The notes: a model not told the origin generated them from the letters alone. A DNA stretch of 64,000 bases from Leucoraja erinacea (GCF_028641065.1 NC_073383.1:64046001-64110000); one strand, 5' to 3'; numbered from the stretch's first letter, positions 39,909-54,429 are shown. A program made the numbers and translations.

Positions 39909-40684
39909 TACACATAATGTTATCGATATATATTCTATGCTTCAGCTACACCTCTGTAGAGTGAAGTGTGCTTAAAGTGAACTGGTGGACTTTATCATGC
40001 TGAACACAATTATCATTGCTTTTCCCTTTATCAGATGTAAGTGTGAATATTGGAAGATGCCATATCTGTATTGGGAAAATTGCTGCATTACGGATGGAGG
40101 CCCAAGGCTCAAGATGAGGTATTCTTCTAAACCTGGAAACATTGATTGCTTTACAAGCTGAGCTTTGCACATTTTCGATGGCGCAGTAACTGTGAACATT
40201 TTACGTTCTCACAGAGCTTGACTCGCAGGCAGATGTCGGTGCATTACCAAACACAGTGGCTATCTACTCTGGAATTTCATACCTATTTTTCAATAATTTT
40301 AAGATTATGAGCGAAGCTTCATTTCCACTGCTTGACGACAGAAAACTAACAACCAAAGACAAAAGCACACATTTTCCTAATCATTTTGTCGTTGGGTGTG
40401 GTGTAATCAGTAGCGTATATCTAGCCTGTCTTCTTAATCGTTGCGCTATATAAATTCTAACGTAGGACTAGTATCGGTCAAAAGAAAAATCACATTCTTG
40501 ATTTGTCATAGATAGATATCAAATACATGTGCTTCATTCTTAGTTTCTGCCACATTAATGATCAGTAATTAAAATGCTTCAAATTTAGGAGTTTGAACAG
40601 CACAGGGAAAAAAACGGATCATTTAAATTCTGGTCGGCAACGTTCTCAGAAATGAAATATATTGGATGTGTCACTTTTCAAGGC

Positions 40685-40897
40685 ATGTTACAGAAGACTG
40701 TGGAGTCCAAGTCACTGGATATTTTTAAGGCAAAGATAGATAGATTTTTGATTAGTACAGGTGTCAGAGATTTTGGGGAGAAGGCAGGACAATTGGGGTT
40801 AGGAGGGAGAGATAGATCAGTCACTGATTGATTGGCGGAGTAGACTTGATGGGCCAAATGGCCTAATTCTACTATCACATGACCTTATGACCTTATG
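40685..40897 (+). mobile_element. CR1 3' fragment
   Basis: cagaagactgtggagtccaagtc...gggccaaatggcctaattct, gaccttat tail. Confidence 0.75.
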
Positions 40898-42009
40898 ATG
40901 CCAGTCTAATATGTCTGTTTCAATAGCGGTGAGGGTATCAGGTTGAAATGACTTTGAAATAGTCAGTAACGTATTTCAAGCAAGCTTTATAATCAGCTAC
41001 CGCGTGAGTGAAATTACATTGAAACTCTTACCGTCTTTCAAATCAGCCACTAATTCCTTTTTACGTCTTTCCCAATTGACTCAGGTCTATTGCTGCATGA
41101 AGGTTAGTTCCCAACTGGTAGGTAGCTGCACCAACCCATTGACATGCAACAGCAGCTTCTGCCTTTCCAGCTCTTGATAAATCACCGCCGTGTATTTGCA
41201 TAAATAATGTATTCTGTTTTTGCATAACATGTGTTTGATGTAATTTGATGCAATAGTTAGATATATATCGTCTACACATCAATCAGGGAATTAGATGATG
41301 CTTGCACAGTGCTTTGCCGTACCATTACTCAATTGTCTTTCAAATGCGGAATCCAATATATCAATATTGTGACTCACCTTGAGTTGTTAAAGAGGAACAT
41401 GAAGGAGTGTCATTTTTATTGGACTCTTGATACTACTGATGCATTATGCACAATCATTTTCATATTTCATTGAGCTGTGAGCTTCAGTTTAATTATGATA
41501 ATAAGATGATCCACTTTGCAAATTTTGAGCAGAATTCACAGCAACTGTTCTTCGTTATCTGCAAACTGACCTACATTGTTAACTGCTCTGTAATGCAATC
41601 AATACAAATATGTCCTCTGTCCCTGAAGTTAGGTGTCCTTCATGTAAAGACTTCATACTGTGGGAGTTGTCAGCTACGCTACAGACTGCGATGACTTCTT
41701 GGTTGACCTTGGCATTACAGAAAGCATTTGAGAGGTTCAAGAGAGATGACCTACTTTCGTCAAGTTCGTAGCACTTTCAGAATCTGCAGTATCTGGGTCA
41801 CAACAATATAGGTCACTGACTTTGCTGGAAAAAACCTCTACAATCAATAAACCCATAAAGGTGTGGCAGCTAATTTAGGTTTACAATCTTATGTCCACTG
41901 AATGCACATCAAGAATTTGATTTGTGAGGTTTCAATGCTAGATGTACTGTACTTTTTCACAGTTCCCTGAGCTTCGTGTAAGCTTTACCCTACAGAGTAA
42001 AGATTATCA

Positions 42010-42420
42010 CAAAAAAACCGGAGTAACTCAGCGGGTCAGGCAACATCTGTGGAGAAAAGGAAGGGGTGGCGTATCAGGTCGAGACCCTCCTTCAGACAGT
42101 CAGGGGAAATGGAAATGAAAGATATAGACAGTGATATAGAGAGATATAGAACAAATGAATGAAAGATATGCAAAAAAGTTGCGACAATAAAGGAAAGGTG
42201 GAACCCACAATGGTCCATTGTTGGATGTGAGCTAGGTAATAACGAGTTATACAGACAATGAAACTGAATAGGACGACAGTGAAACTAGTATGACAACTAG
42301 GGTGGGAGAGGGAAACATCACCTATTCCTTTTCTCCAGAGATGCTGCTTGACCAGCTGAGTTACTCCAGCTTTTTGTGTCTATCTTTGGTTTAAACTAAC
42401 ATCTGCAGTTCCTTCCCTCG
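42010..42420. mobile_element. Penelope-like terminal repeats in inverted arrangement
   Basis: ggagtaactcagcgggtcaggcaacatct on the left is inverted relative to agatgctgcttgaccagctgagttactcc on the right. Confidence 0.65.
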
Positions 42421-42989
42421 CACAGAGTAAAGAATACTTATTCAAGTTCCTCTAATGCAAATTCTTTTTTTTAAATCAAGACCGTTAAATGCTTTGGCAA
42501 CAGACTTGAATGAAGGCACTTCAAAATTCTGTTTAAGAGTTACACAAGAGTTATTTTTATATTCACATCAATAATGTTGATGCCGTCTCACAAATTATTT
42601 TGCCGGAAGAACAATGTTGGATATTCAGAACACATTATTGTATCACTAATCTTCACCCAGATTAATCTGTCTTCATGGGAAGAACTTGAAAACTGATTTT
42701 TTTTGCAGTTTAAATGGATCTCTTTAGGCTACTGTTCAAATTTTACATGATTAGTTTTCCAATAGAAATGTGAGTTCTTGATATCTATAACTAATAGAGG
42801 AAGATAGCATAATAGGTCCATCTTTGTTGTGAAGATGATGTGTTATAATTGTCATTCCTCCATTCTAGTCCTGCATTTAATGCTGTGAATGATCTGCTAT
42901 AATTCACAAATCAATAATGAGAAATGTTAAAAACATCTGATTACTAAGACACACAAAAGCCCCTTGACCTCTGTTTCTAAGGAAATCCT

Positions 42990-43540
42990 ACAAATGTTTA
43001 CAAATGCACCATAGCAAGTATCCTATCATGGTGCTTCACAGCTTGGCATGGCAACTGCTTTGTGTGAGACTGCAATAAATTGCAGGATGTTGGTGATGCC
43101 GCCCAGTGCATCACCCAAACCAACCTCCCCTCCATTGACTCCATCTACACTTTACGCTGCCTCAGGAAAGCAGTCAACATAATCAAGGGCAACTCACAAC
43201 CAAGTCGTTTTCTTTTCTCCCCTCTCTCATCGGGCAGAAGATATAAAAACATGGAAGCATGAACCACTAAATTCAAAACCAGCTTCTTCCCTCCTGCTAT
43301 TAACTCTTGAGTAAACCTTTTTATATGCCAAGGATGAATTCCTGATCTCCCAATTTACACTTTTGTCTAAACTTTCCATCGGTAGCAGTAAAACAATATT
43401 TTGAACTCTGTTTCCTTTCTCTTTTTACACTAATGTTGCACTTCATAACTGTTGCACTCATGTTTGGCATGAATTTGCCTGGATATCACATAAAACAACA
43501 TTTTTCATTGTATCTCAGTACACCTGACAGTAATAAACAA
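42990..43540 (+). mobile_element. Old Rex1-like 3' remnant
   Basis: AQCITQTNLPSIDSIY..RCLRKA..LSSGRRY; ends with tgacagtaataaac. Confidence 0.7.
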
Positions 43541-46363
43541 ATATTAATTTTTCATTTGATTTGCAATTAATCTTATCTGCCCTTCATCGGTCGCTGCTCA
43601 CTAACATGGTGAGGTAGGGAACTAGTTAATGAAATAAAAAACATCTCCAGCCTTTCTTTATATTTTTGTTGCTTACATTCTATAGTTCTCTATTTACCTC
43701 TCTTGATTTTGCTAGTGTTTTATTATTTTAAACGTCAAGTCCAATTAAAGATATTTCATCACCACTCGAGAAATTTTGTTGTTTATATATTTTTCTTTAT
43801 ACATGTGGCGCCTACAGCATTTAAATCCATTACTTGTTGTTTCAGCCACATACCTATATTGCATGACCCAGTACATTACCTGGGAGCTGTATCGCCGAAT
43901 CCTTGAAACAGATCTATTTAATGCAACTTTGGTATTATCAATACGTTTGCCCATCTTGTTAGACTGTTATACTGATAAATAATCATGGCACCTGATACCA
44001 AAGTATGTAAATATGCAGAATTAAAGTGCAGCACATGAAAACTTGTTACATTTCTAAGAGCACACCTCAAAAACAAATCATCAAAGTTGCTTCTGTCTGT
44101 AAAGGAAAGTAACATATTTAAATGTTTTCAGGATTAAATAACATTAATAAATTGTGCATCTGGACATTTAGATTAAAGAGGTTAGATTTACAAAAAAACA
44201 TATCTTACCATATCCATTCATAGAAAAGGATCGCACACAATGGCCATATAAATAGTATCAGGACTTTAGCTTCTGTTTCCAGCACACATCAAATTAAATG
44301 ACCCATAAATCTTCACCATTACTTTTAGGTTGTCAGCACAACCCTTAAATTGACCTTAGTCTTCTTCCTGATCTCTCTGCACAGCGTCAAAAAGTTTTCT
44401 AGATGTTCAGTTTTACTGTTGCTCGAGGGTCTCACTACATCCAGTGGTGTTCACAAACATTCACTGAAGTTCCCTGTCAAGAAGCAAAACTTCCATGTAC
44501 TCATCATCAATGCTACCTCAAAGAACCACGCACAGTGCTCGTGTGAATGAAAGTCTACACTTGTGGTGTGTACTGACAATGTGCTCTGAATTATTTCATT
44601 TAAACAATATTGCATCTGAATGGAAGAAAAATAAACTGTTGCACCCTTGTCCCATGTTGAATCAACCAAGACTTTGTGCTTTTTTTCCCAGGAGGCAAAT
44701 TGAAACACAAATCCAACAAAATATTTCTGCTTCATTTTCTGTGTTTTTTGTCAAGTTGCATTAAAAGTGATGATGAAACACAATCATTAGTTGCAAATGC
44801 TGAAATTACAGTTCCTACATTTCAGATTTTTTGTTTGTATTTTACACCCTGTGGCACTAGCATCTCTATCACTCCATGTGATACACGTTTTCTAAACTTT
44901 ACCCCTGCTGTTTGAAAAATATTCCTCATTTTCAACCTTGGGAGTACAAAAACAAACCCCAAAGGCAAAACATTAGTGATCTTTCAGCAAAGTAAAAAGC
45001 TTTACTCAAACAGCTATTAGCATCACCACTAGCTCTCCCCCTTGCTTCACTGCTTTTTGGTAAAGTATGCTAATGAAGATGATATGTTAAGAATATTTCT
45101 GTGTGACCGTCTGAGTTCACCCAGATATCTAAAATGGGCAGGCTATCAATTGTACTTGATCTGACAGCAAGATTTATGTCTTTGCAATAAAACATAACAC
45201 CCAGTTTGACAATACTTTACATTTTCAAAGACATTTTTCCATGAGTTAACAGTCTACTTACTGTGAAAACTGGGTAGCAAACTGCCCCTTGTAACCATGG
45301 CTTGCATTTTTGAGATTTTAAGAACATGAGCTCCCTTTACAGCTAAACCTGAATTTCAAAACAACCGAAAATAAAACCATAATGTCGGAGTTGAAAATTG
45401 AACAGAATATCCACAAATGTGTGAAACAACAAAAGCCAAATAATAGCATAACTTCATTATACCATCCCCAATAAATCATGCATTAACATGCAATTTAATC
45501 AATATAATGAATTCTGAAGCTATTAAGGTAAATACATTGGGTAATCTGTTCTAGTTAGCATTATCAGGTAAAAATGTAGGGACTATTAATTTTTAACATA
45601 ATCTTTCCATTTTGTAATTGCTAAGATGCAATATGAAGAGGCCTAAATTTGAAAGCCTCCAAAAGCCAGCCTGTCATTAATGGGGAATGACCAAGAATCA
45701 CTGATTGCAGGGCCTAACCTAATGGAGCTTGAATATCCAGCCAGCACTGACCAAGCTGTTTGTTATTGGGACACATCTGCAGTGTGTCAATGTTGTGAGT
45801 GTCAAAAGACAATTAAAGCAAATTGGCATTATTTTTTGTTTGCAAATTGTTCTACAAGTTGAGGCTAGAAGTAGAAGAAAGTGGGTCCCGGGATTTTCAC
45901 ACACCCCACGGCAACTTAATTTGGTGGATTAAATGAAACAATAGATGCAAAACACTATGGGACTACAAGATAATTGTTGCTGCCCTGGATACAGTATACA
46001 AGTTAATTGAAAGTAGTCAAGATTTTCAAAAGCAGCCACCACTCCCATATTCCAACCAACAGCACTATTTTTAACAATATCAATCAACATTTATATCTAA
46101 GATTCAACTGCTCCATGTAATTTTACATCATTACAACTTCTGCACGCACGCCTTACATCCAAATCTCATCTCTCGCTCACATTGCCAGCATGTGCAGCTG
46201 TCATACTGCAACCTCAGAACAGGGACTGGATAACAATCACCGTGACTGTCAACCATGACAGAACACGTTATTTACATAGGGTACATGACATAACTTTCTA
46301 GGTAAAGAATTCCAAATGCCGCCAGCCCATGCATGGTGATTTCTTCTCAGCTCATTTTTTTAA

Positions 46364-46403
<40 letters not shown>

Positions 46404-46424
46404 ACCTTTATCCTCAAATTCCTT

Positions 46425-46740
46425 GGTGTCATAGTAACACAACTTGTAGACCTGCTGTATCACAGTGCCAGAGATCTGGGTTCGATCCCTATCCTCAGGC
46501 TTTGTCAGTCTGGGGTTTGGACATTCTTCCTGTTACCGCTCGGGTTTCCTCTGGGTGCTCCAGTTTCCTCCCACATCCCCGTGACATACGGGTTTGGAAG
46601 TTAATCCACCTCTGTAAATTGTCCCTAGTGTGTATGGAATGAATGTAAAAAACTAATGTGGAAGGATGATCGATGGTCGGCATATACTCGGTATGCCGAA
46701 GGATCTGTTTCCATGCTGAACCTTTCAATTGATCAATCAA
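46425..46740 (+). mobile_element. Diverged V-SINE, preceded by poly-C (46365-46404)
   Basis: gggttcgatccc B box; ctccagtttcctcccacatc. Confidence 0.7.
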
Positions 46741-47039
46741 AAACCAGGAGGAACATTATCCCTTCGTAGATTCTCAAAAGCCTATAACAATTCAGTACAT
46801 TTTAAAGAGATCACTTTTTATTGTTTTAAAATCTAGAGAATACAACCAGAGTCTACTCATTCTCTTCTCATTCACTATCCTTTGAACCATCCCAAGTTTT
46901 CTTTCCCTCTTGCAAATAACTAAGGAGAGATGCAGAGCATAGCATTATCCATCAAGCAAACTAGCCCCCCTTCACACCATCTCCACTTTGCACTTCCTTG
47001 GGAAAATTGCCAATATAATCAAGGACTGCTCATGCCATG

Positions 47040-47625
47040 TCCTGAGAAGATTACGGAGAGTTGGTTTGTCAAGTAGGACTCTCTCTAAGTTCTACAGGTG
47101 CACAGTAGAGAGCATGCTGACCGGTTGCATCGTGGCTTGGTTTGGCAACCTGAGCCCCCTGGAGAGGAAAAGACTACAAAAGGTAGTAAACACTGCCCAG
47201 TCCATCATCGGCTCTGACCTTCCTTCCATCGAGGGGATTTATCGCAGTCGCTGCCTCAAAAAGGCTGGCAGTATCATGAAAGACCCACACCATCCTGGCC
47301 ACACACTCATCTCCCTGCTACCTTCAGGTAGAAAGTACAGGAGCCTGAAGACTGCAACAACCAGGTTCAGGAATAGCTACTTCCCCACAGCCATCAGGCT
47401 ATTAAACCTGGCTCGGACAAAACTCTGATTATTAATAACCAATTATCTGTTATTTGCACTTTACCAGTTTATTTATTCATGTGTGTATATATTTATATTA
47501 TGGTATATGGACACACTGATCTGTTTTGTAGTAAATGCCTACTATTTTCTGTGTGCTGAAGCAAAGCAAGAATTTCATTGTCCTATCAGGGACACATGAC
47601 AATAAACTCACTTGAACTTGAACTT
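47040..47625 (+). mobile_element. Young Rex1 3' fragment nested in an older Rex1 remnant (about 46930-47945)
   Basis: Near-identical to 38600-39145; TTGAAC tail; the older element resumes after the tail. Confidence 0.85.
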
Positions 47626-48829
47626 GATTCTCTCTTCTACTCTCTCTCGTTGGGATGGATACAAAAGCTCAAATTCATGTACCATAAGATTCAAGAACAA
47701 CTTCTCCCCCAATGTTATCAGATGCTTGAATAGACCTCTCTTATGCCAATGATATAGTTCCGATCTCCCAATCTGCACATTCATTTTCACTTTCTCTGTA
47801 GCTGTAACACTATTTTCTACCCTCTTTTGAGTTTCTCTTTTGCTCTGCCTGATGTACTAACGAATGGTATGATCTGCATGGATAGCATGCAAAACACAGA
47901 TTTTCAGTGTAGCTCAGTAAGCATGACAGTAATAAACCAATGCCAATAATCAAACCCACGTAAAAAAAGTCTGCAGTTCTCCTTTAGTGACTAGTATAGA
48001 AGTACACCTATGCCCCTTTGATCATTCAACAACACTCAATATTTAACAAACACTCTACTTTTCTGTTAGGTGCACTAAAATGAATAAACAAGCAATTGTC
48101 CACATTATATGCTATATGCCATATTCTTGCTCACTCACTCAGCCTATAAACTCTTGCAGTTTCTCTACATCCTCCTTTAGACTCATTATCCCACCAAATG
48201 TAGCACTTTCAGAAAACTTGGAAATATAATATTTTGTTCTTTCAGTCAAAACATTAATATAACTGTGAATAGTTCAGGCCCGCAAAAATATTCTTGTGGT
48301 AGCTAGTCACAGCCTGCAAACATTTGAAATCTAGTAATATCAATTGAAATGGATTTCGAGGTTGCTCCTGCAAAGTATATACTGCATTTAGTGTAACGGA
48401 ATAGTTATTAAGGCAGCATTGCAACAAAAGAACATTTTTTTTTACACATTTTCAAAGATTTATTTTTAGTTACCCGTGCAACGCATGTGCAAGATAGTGC
48501 CTGCTGGTTGCACTCTCAATCTCACTAATTTAACTGGAGCCAAATGTGCAGAGCTACATAGACTAGGTGGATAATGCATATACACTCATCGAACATAGCA
48601 ACTGAGGATTGACATTGTGCTATTTTGTTTTAAAAAATTCTTAGAGCAAGGAGATAATGGAAATAATTTTATAGATTTAGCACAAGGGTTGGGAACAGGA
48701 TATAAACTTATATTTAATAAATATATATTTAAGGTTATTGCCAAAGGAACCAAATATGACTAAGAGAAGAATTATTTTGTGCTGTATATTCTCATGATCT
48801 GAACACATTCGCTAAATAATGTTCAATAA

Positions 48830-49222
48830 TCCATATAACTATAAAACTGATCTTGTATGTGGATTTGTGTGTGTGTGTTTGTGTGTTTATTTGTTTGTGT
48901 GTGAACACATTTCTTGATAAAGCGACGCGCTAACAGTACATTATTTACATATTCCGGTAGAGATTTTTTTCCGTGGACTCCAGAATTGCCTTATCTGAAA
49001 AATTCATGCTTTATATCTTGAGTTATTTTTGAAAATGTTCACAATATATTAATAATATCATGGGGGGTGGTTAGTGTGTGTAGGGCGGGGTGGTTATTAT
49101 GTGTGTGATGCCACAGGCCACACCTACCACCCCCCCCCCCCCCCCCCATCCCCCATCCCCTCCCCTCCCCTCCACAACCACGCGTTGAGGGGATGGGACC
49201 CAGTGGGTCCCACTTGGTCTGG
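48830..49222 (+). mobile_element. Non-autonomous Helitron-like element, copy 1
   Basis: A|TC start, subterminal hairpin tgggaccc-agt-gggtccca (49194-49212), CTGG|T end (CTRR), no TSD. Confidence 0.65.
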
Positions 49223-49789
49223 TAACTATTAAAAGTCTGATCTTCTATGTGGATTTGTGTGTGCGCGTGTGTGTTTATTGGTTTTTGTGTGATTACATCT
49301 TCTCGAAAATCATTTTTACATATTCCGGTAGAGATTTTTTCCGTTGAATCCGAAATAACCTGATGTGAAAATTTCATGCTTTATTTCTCGTGTTATTTAT
49401 GAATATGTTGACGAATCCAATAAAACTTTTAAAATAAACCGGCTCTTTCGCTGATGATGTCACAATGGATTTGCTTGCTACTTGCGCTGTGATTGTCCTC
49501 ATCACCCCACCACCTCTCCCTCCCCCCCCTCCCCGGTTATTTAAAAGGCGCTCGGCCGAATACTCAGAGCTGCTGTAGATTTGGAAGCAACAGCAACAAA
49601 GATAAGCAGGGGAAAACACTGGTTGGCTCTAGCCCAAGTGGGAGGAGAGTTAGAAGTGAGTCAGAGGAAGAATACAGTTGAAAAGGAGAGGCAAAGCACA
49701 GGCAGATTTTACTCAGAGCTGCTGTAGATTTGGAAGCAACAGCAACAAAAGATAAGCAGGAGAAAACACTGATTGGCTCAACGTCAAGC

Positions 49790-50301
49790 AACGCCATTGT
49801 AGTGGGAGACTCCATTGTGAGAGGTACGGACAGGGGTATCTGCGGCAACAGATGGGATTCGAGGATGGTGTGTGTTGCCTTCCTGGTGCCAGGATCCAGG
49901 ATGTCACGGACAGAGTGCAGAAAATCCTCAAGGGCGAAGTTGAACAGCCGGAAGTGGTAGTGCATGTCGGCACAAATGATTTCGGAAAGAAGGGGATGAA
50001 TATTCTGCAGCGTGACGTTAGAGAGCTCGGAAAAATGCTGAAAAGCAGGACCTCCAGGGTTGTTATCGCCGGTTTGCTTCCAGTTCCTCATGCTGGTGAG
50101 AGCAGGAACAGGGAGATACAGGACCTGAATGTGTGGCTGAGGAACCGGTGCACGGGTCAGGGATTTAGATTCTTAGATCACTGGGATCTGTTTTTGAGTA
50201 AGGGGGAACTGTACAAAAGGGACGGATTGCATCTTAACAGGTGGGGGACCAGCATTCTCGCAGGCAGGTTTGCCACTGCTACACGGGTGGTTTTAAACTG
50301 A
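49790..50301 (+). pseudogene. CR1 ORF1 SGNH/GDSL esterase domain (frameshifted)
   Basis: VVGDSIVR, CLPGAR, HVGTND, DGLHLN. Confidence 0.9.
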
Positions 50302-50499
50302 ATAAGGGAGGTGGGGTGTCAAATGGGATAGTCGAAGATGGAGTTAAAGGGAAAGGGTTTCTTAAATGTGTGAGCGGAGAGACAGAGGGGTGTAAAATGA
50401 GGGTAGAAGGTGAAAAGTAAAAGTGGCAGGCAGACAAATTCAGGGCAAAAATCAAAAAGGGCCACTTTTCAACATAATTGTATAAAGGGTAAGGGTGTT

Positions 50500-53280
50500 G
50501 TAAAAACAAGCCTGAAGGCTTTGTGTCTCAATGCAAGGAGCATTTGTAATAAGGTGGATGAGTTGAATGTGCAGATAGCTGTTAATGACTATGATATAGT
50601 TGGGATCACGGAGACATAGCTCCAGGATGACCAAGGCTGGGAGCTGAACATCCAGGGATATTCAATATTCAGGAGGGATAGACAGAAAGAAAAAGGAGGT
50701 GGGGTAGCGTTGCTGGTTAGAGAGGAGATTAATGCAATAGAAAGGAAGGACATTAGCTTGCAGGATGTGGAATCGATATGGGTAGAGCTGCGAAACATTA
50801 AGGGGCAGAAAACGCTAGTGGGAGTTGTGTACAGGCCACCTAACAGTAGTAGTGGAGTTGGGGAAGGCATCAAACAGGAAATTAGAAATGCGTGCAATAA
50901 AGGTAAAACAGTTATAATGGGTGACTTCAATCTACATATAGATTGGGTGAATCAAATTGGCAAGGGTGCTGAGGAAGAGGATTTCTTGGAATGTATGCGG
51001 GATAGTTTTCTCAACCAACAAGTAGAGGAACCAGAGCAGGCTATTCTAGACTGGGTATTGAGTAATGAGTAAAGGTTAGTTAGCAGTCTTGTTGTGCATG
51101 GCCCCTTGGGCAAGAGTGACCATAATATGGTTGAGTTCTTCATTAGGATGGAGAGTGACATTGTTAATTCAGAAACAAGGGTCCTGAACTTAAAGAAAGG
51201 TAACTTTGAGGGTATGAGACGTGAATTGACCAAGATAGACTGGCAATTGATTCTTAAAGGGTTGACGGTGGATATGCAATGGAAGGCATTTAAACACTGC
51301 ATGGATGAACTACAACAATTGTTCATCCCAGTTTGGCAAAAGAATAAATCAGGGAAGGTAGTGCATCCGTGGATAACAAGGGAAATCAGGAATAGTATCA
51401 AAACAAAAGATGAAGCATACAAATTAGCCAGAAAAAGCAGCCTACCAGAGGACTGGGAGAAATTCAGTCCAGCAGAGGAGGACAACAGGCTTAATTAGGA
51501 AAGGGAAAATAGATTATGAAAGAATACTGGCAGGGAACATAAAAACTGACTGCAATTTTTTTAATAGATATGTGAAGAGAAAAAGATTAGTTAAAACAAA
51601 TGTAGGTCCCTTGCAGTCAGAAACAGGTGAATTAATCATGGGGAACAAGGACATGGCAGACCAATTGAATAACTACTTTGGTTCTATCTTCACTAAGGAA
51701 GACATAAATAATCTGCCGGAAATAGCAGGGGTCCGGGGGTCAAAGGAGATGGAGGAACTGAGTGAAATCCAGGTTAGCCGGGAAGTGGTGTTAGGTAAAT
51801 TGAATGGATTAAAGGCCGATAAATCCCCAGGGCCAGATAGGCTGCATCCCAGAGTACTCAAGGAAGTAGCCGCAGAAATAGTGGATGCATTAGTGATAAT
51901 TTTTCAAAACTCTTTAGATTCTGGAGTAGTTCCTGAGGATTGGAGGGTAGCTAATGTAACCCCACTTTTTAAAAAGGGAGGGAGAGAGAAAATGGGGAAT
52001 TACAGACCAGTTAGTCTAACATCGGTAGTGGGGAAACTGTTAGAATCAGTTATTACGGATGGGATAGCAGCACATTTGGAAAGTGGTGAAATCATTGGAC
52101 AAAGTCAGCATGGATTTATGAAAGGTAAATCATGTCTGACGAATCTTATATAATTTTTCGAGTATGTAACTAGTAGAGTGGATAAGGGAGAACCAGTGTT
52201 ATATCTGGACTTTCAGAAGGCTTTCGACAAGGTTCCACATAAGAGATTAGTATGCAAACTTAAAGCACACGGTATTGGGGGTTCAGTATTGATGTGGATA
52301 GAGAACTGGCTGGCAGACAGGAAGCAAATAGTAGGAGTAAACGGGTCCTTTTCTGAATGGCAGGCAGTGACTAGTGGGGTACCGCAAGGCTCATTGCTGG
52401 GACCCCAGCTATTTACAATATATATTAATGATTTGGACGAGGGAATTGAATGCAACATCTCCAAGTTTGCGGATGACACAAAGCTGGGGGGATTGTTAGC
52501 TGTGAGGAGGATGTTAGGAGGCTGCAAGGTGACTTGGATAGGCTGGGTGAGTGGGCAAATGCATGGCAGATGCTGTATAATGTGGATAAATGTGAGGTTA
52601 TCCACTTTGGTGGCAAAAACAGGAAAGTAGACTTATACCTGAATGGTGGCCGATTACGAAAAGGGGAGATGCAACGAGACCTCGGTGTCATGGTACACCA
52701 GTCATTGAAATTAGGCATGCAGGTGCAGCAGGCAGTGAAGAAAGCGAATGGTATGTTAGCATTCATAGCAAAAAGATCTGAGTATAGGAGCAGGGAGGTT
52801 CTACTGCAGTTGTACAGGGTCTTGGTGAGACCACACCTGGAGTATTGCGTACAGTTTTGGTCTCCTAATCTGAGGAAAGACATTCTTGCCATAGAGGGAG
52901 TACAGAGAAGGTTCACCAGACTGATCCCTGGGATTTCAGGACTTTCATATGAGGAAAGACTGAATTGACTTGGCTTGTACTCACTAGAATTTAGAAGATT
53001 GAGGGGGGATCTTATAGAAACTTACAAAATCCTTAAGAGGTTGTACAGGCTAGATGCAGGAAGATTGTTCCCGATGTTGGGGAAGTCCAGAACAAGGGGT
53101 CACAGTTTAAGGATAAGGGGGAAATCTTTTAGGACCAAGATGAGGAAAAACATTTCACACTGAGAGTGGTGAATCTCTGGAATTCTCTGCCACAGAAGGT
53201 AGTTGAGGCCAGTTCATTGACTATATTTAAGAGGGAGTTAGATGTGGCCCTTGTGGCTAAAGGGATCAGGGGGTATGGAG
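50500..53280 (+). pseudogene. CR1 ORF2 (APE endonuclease + RT) with multiple stops and frameshifts
   Basis: [53 protein letters not shown]. Confidence 0.92.
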
Positions 53281-53631
53281 AGAAAGCAGGTACAGGATAC
53301 AGCGTTGGATGCTCACCCATATTCATATTCAATCGCGGTGCAGGCTCGCAGCGCCGAATGGCCTAGTCCCGCCCCTAATTTCTATGTTTCTATGTTACTA
53401 TGGCCCCCTCAGTCCCCCTCCTCTCCCCCCCCCCCCCCCCCCCCCCCCCCCGGGCTCTCCCCCACGGGCCCTCTACCCCCCGGGCTCTCTTCTTCACCCT
53501 GTCTCTCTCTTCCCCCCCGGCTCTACCCCCCCCCACCCCCTCCTCTCCCCCCCCCCCCCATCCCTCTCCTCATCCCTCTCTCTCACCTCCCCCTCTCTCT
53601 CTGCCCCTCTCTCTCTCTCTCTGCCTCTGCC

Positions 53632-53662
<31 letters not shown>

Positions 53663-54160
53663 CCACCCTCCTTCTCTCTCTCTCTAGATGCACATGTTAG
53701 CTGGGAGCTATGCTTGAGTGGATAGGGCGGGGATGGGGTTAAAGGAGCGACTGAATAATATTAATATATTATCAAGGGGGGTGGTTAGTGTATTATCAAG
53801 GGGGTGGTTAGTGTGTGTGTGTGTGTGGGGGGGTGGTTAGTATGCGTGTGACGCTACAGACAGCCCCCGCCCCACAACTGTGTGTTGAGGGTACGGGACG
53901 AAACGGGTCCCACTTGGTCTACTAACATATAAAAGGAAATCAGATAAAGAATTGAAAAAAAAAAATGGTTTTGGGGGGAAGTAGAATTAATTATAGTGGA
54001 TTAAAGGGCTAGATAGCTACAATAGGCAGAATCACCTCCATCTGTGGGTACTTTATGTGGGAGAAATTTGTCTGCATGTTCAGGTTCTCGGCACTAAGCT
54101 GAGAGGGCATAGTCAGGCAAAGTTAACAAGGATGTAGATTAACCCTTATTAATCCATGCC

Positions 54161-54428
54161 TGGAAATCATTGTAGAGCTGCCATGTCCGTAGATGTTGGC
54201 ATTTAGTTGATGGTAATGGTTTTAGACGGGTCTTGTCACATGTGTAGGCAGTAAAGAGTTGTTCCATAGTATGTTGGAAATCTTCACTGGATGAATTGAT
54301 GCCAAATGGCTTTCGTAAGAATCTGTAGCGTCCATAGAGCATTGCGAATGTGGTTAACATGGAGGATGCATGGTCTAGCGGTATTTGCCAAAATGAGTTC
54401 TTTGCATCTAGGACAGAGAAGACTGGCT
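54161..54428 (-). pseudogene. Gypsy RT fragment with the YxDD region deleted
   Basis: VFSVLDAKNSFWQIPLD..LTTF..YGRYRFLRKPFGINSSSEDFQ, then a DPSKT..MPT..LQxFxGM-like tract in another frame. Confidence 0.8.
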
Positions 54429-54429
54429 T

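Larger units (their letters stand above)
49545..53396 (+). mobile_element. Near full-length, decayed CR1 LINE
   Basis: 5' UTR, esterase ORF1, APE-RT ORF2 fragments and TTTCTATG tail, all collinear. Confidence 0.95.
49223..53922 (+). mobile_element. Non-autonomous Helitron-like element, copy 2, interrupted by CR1
   Basis: 49223-49400 repeats 48836-49040. 53755-53922 repeats the 3' end of copy 1, including a degenerate hairpin and cacttggtcta. Confidence 0.6.
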
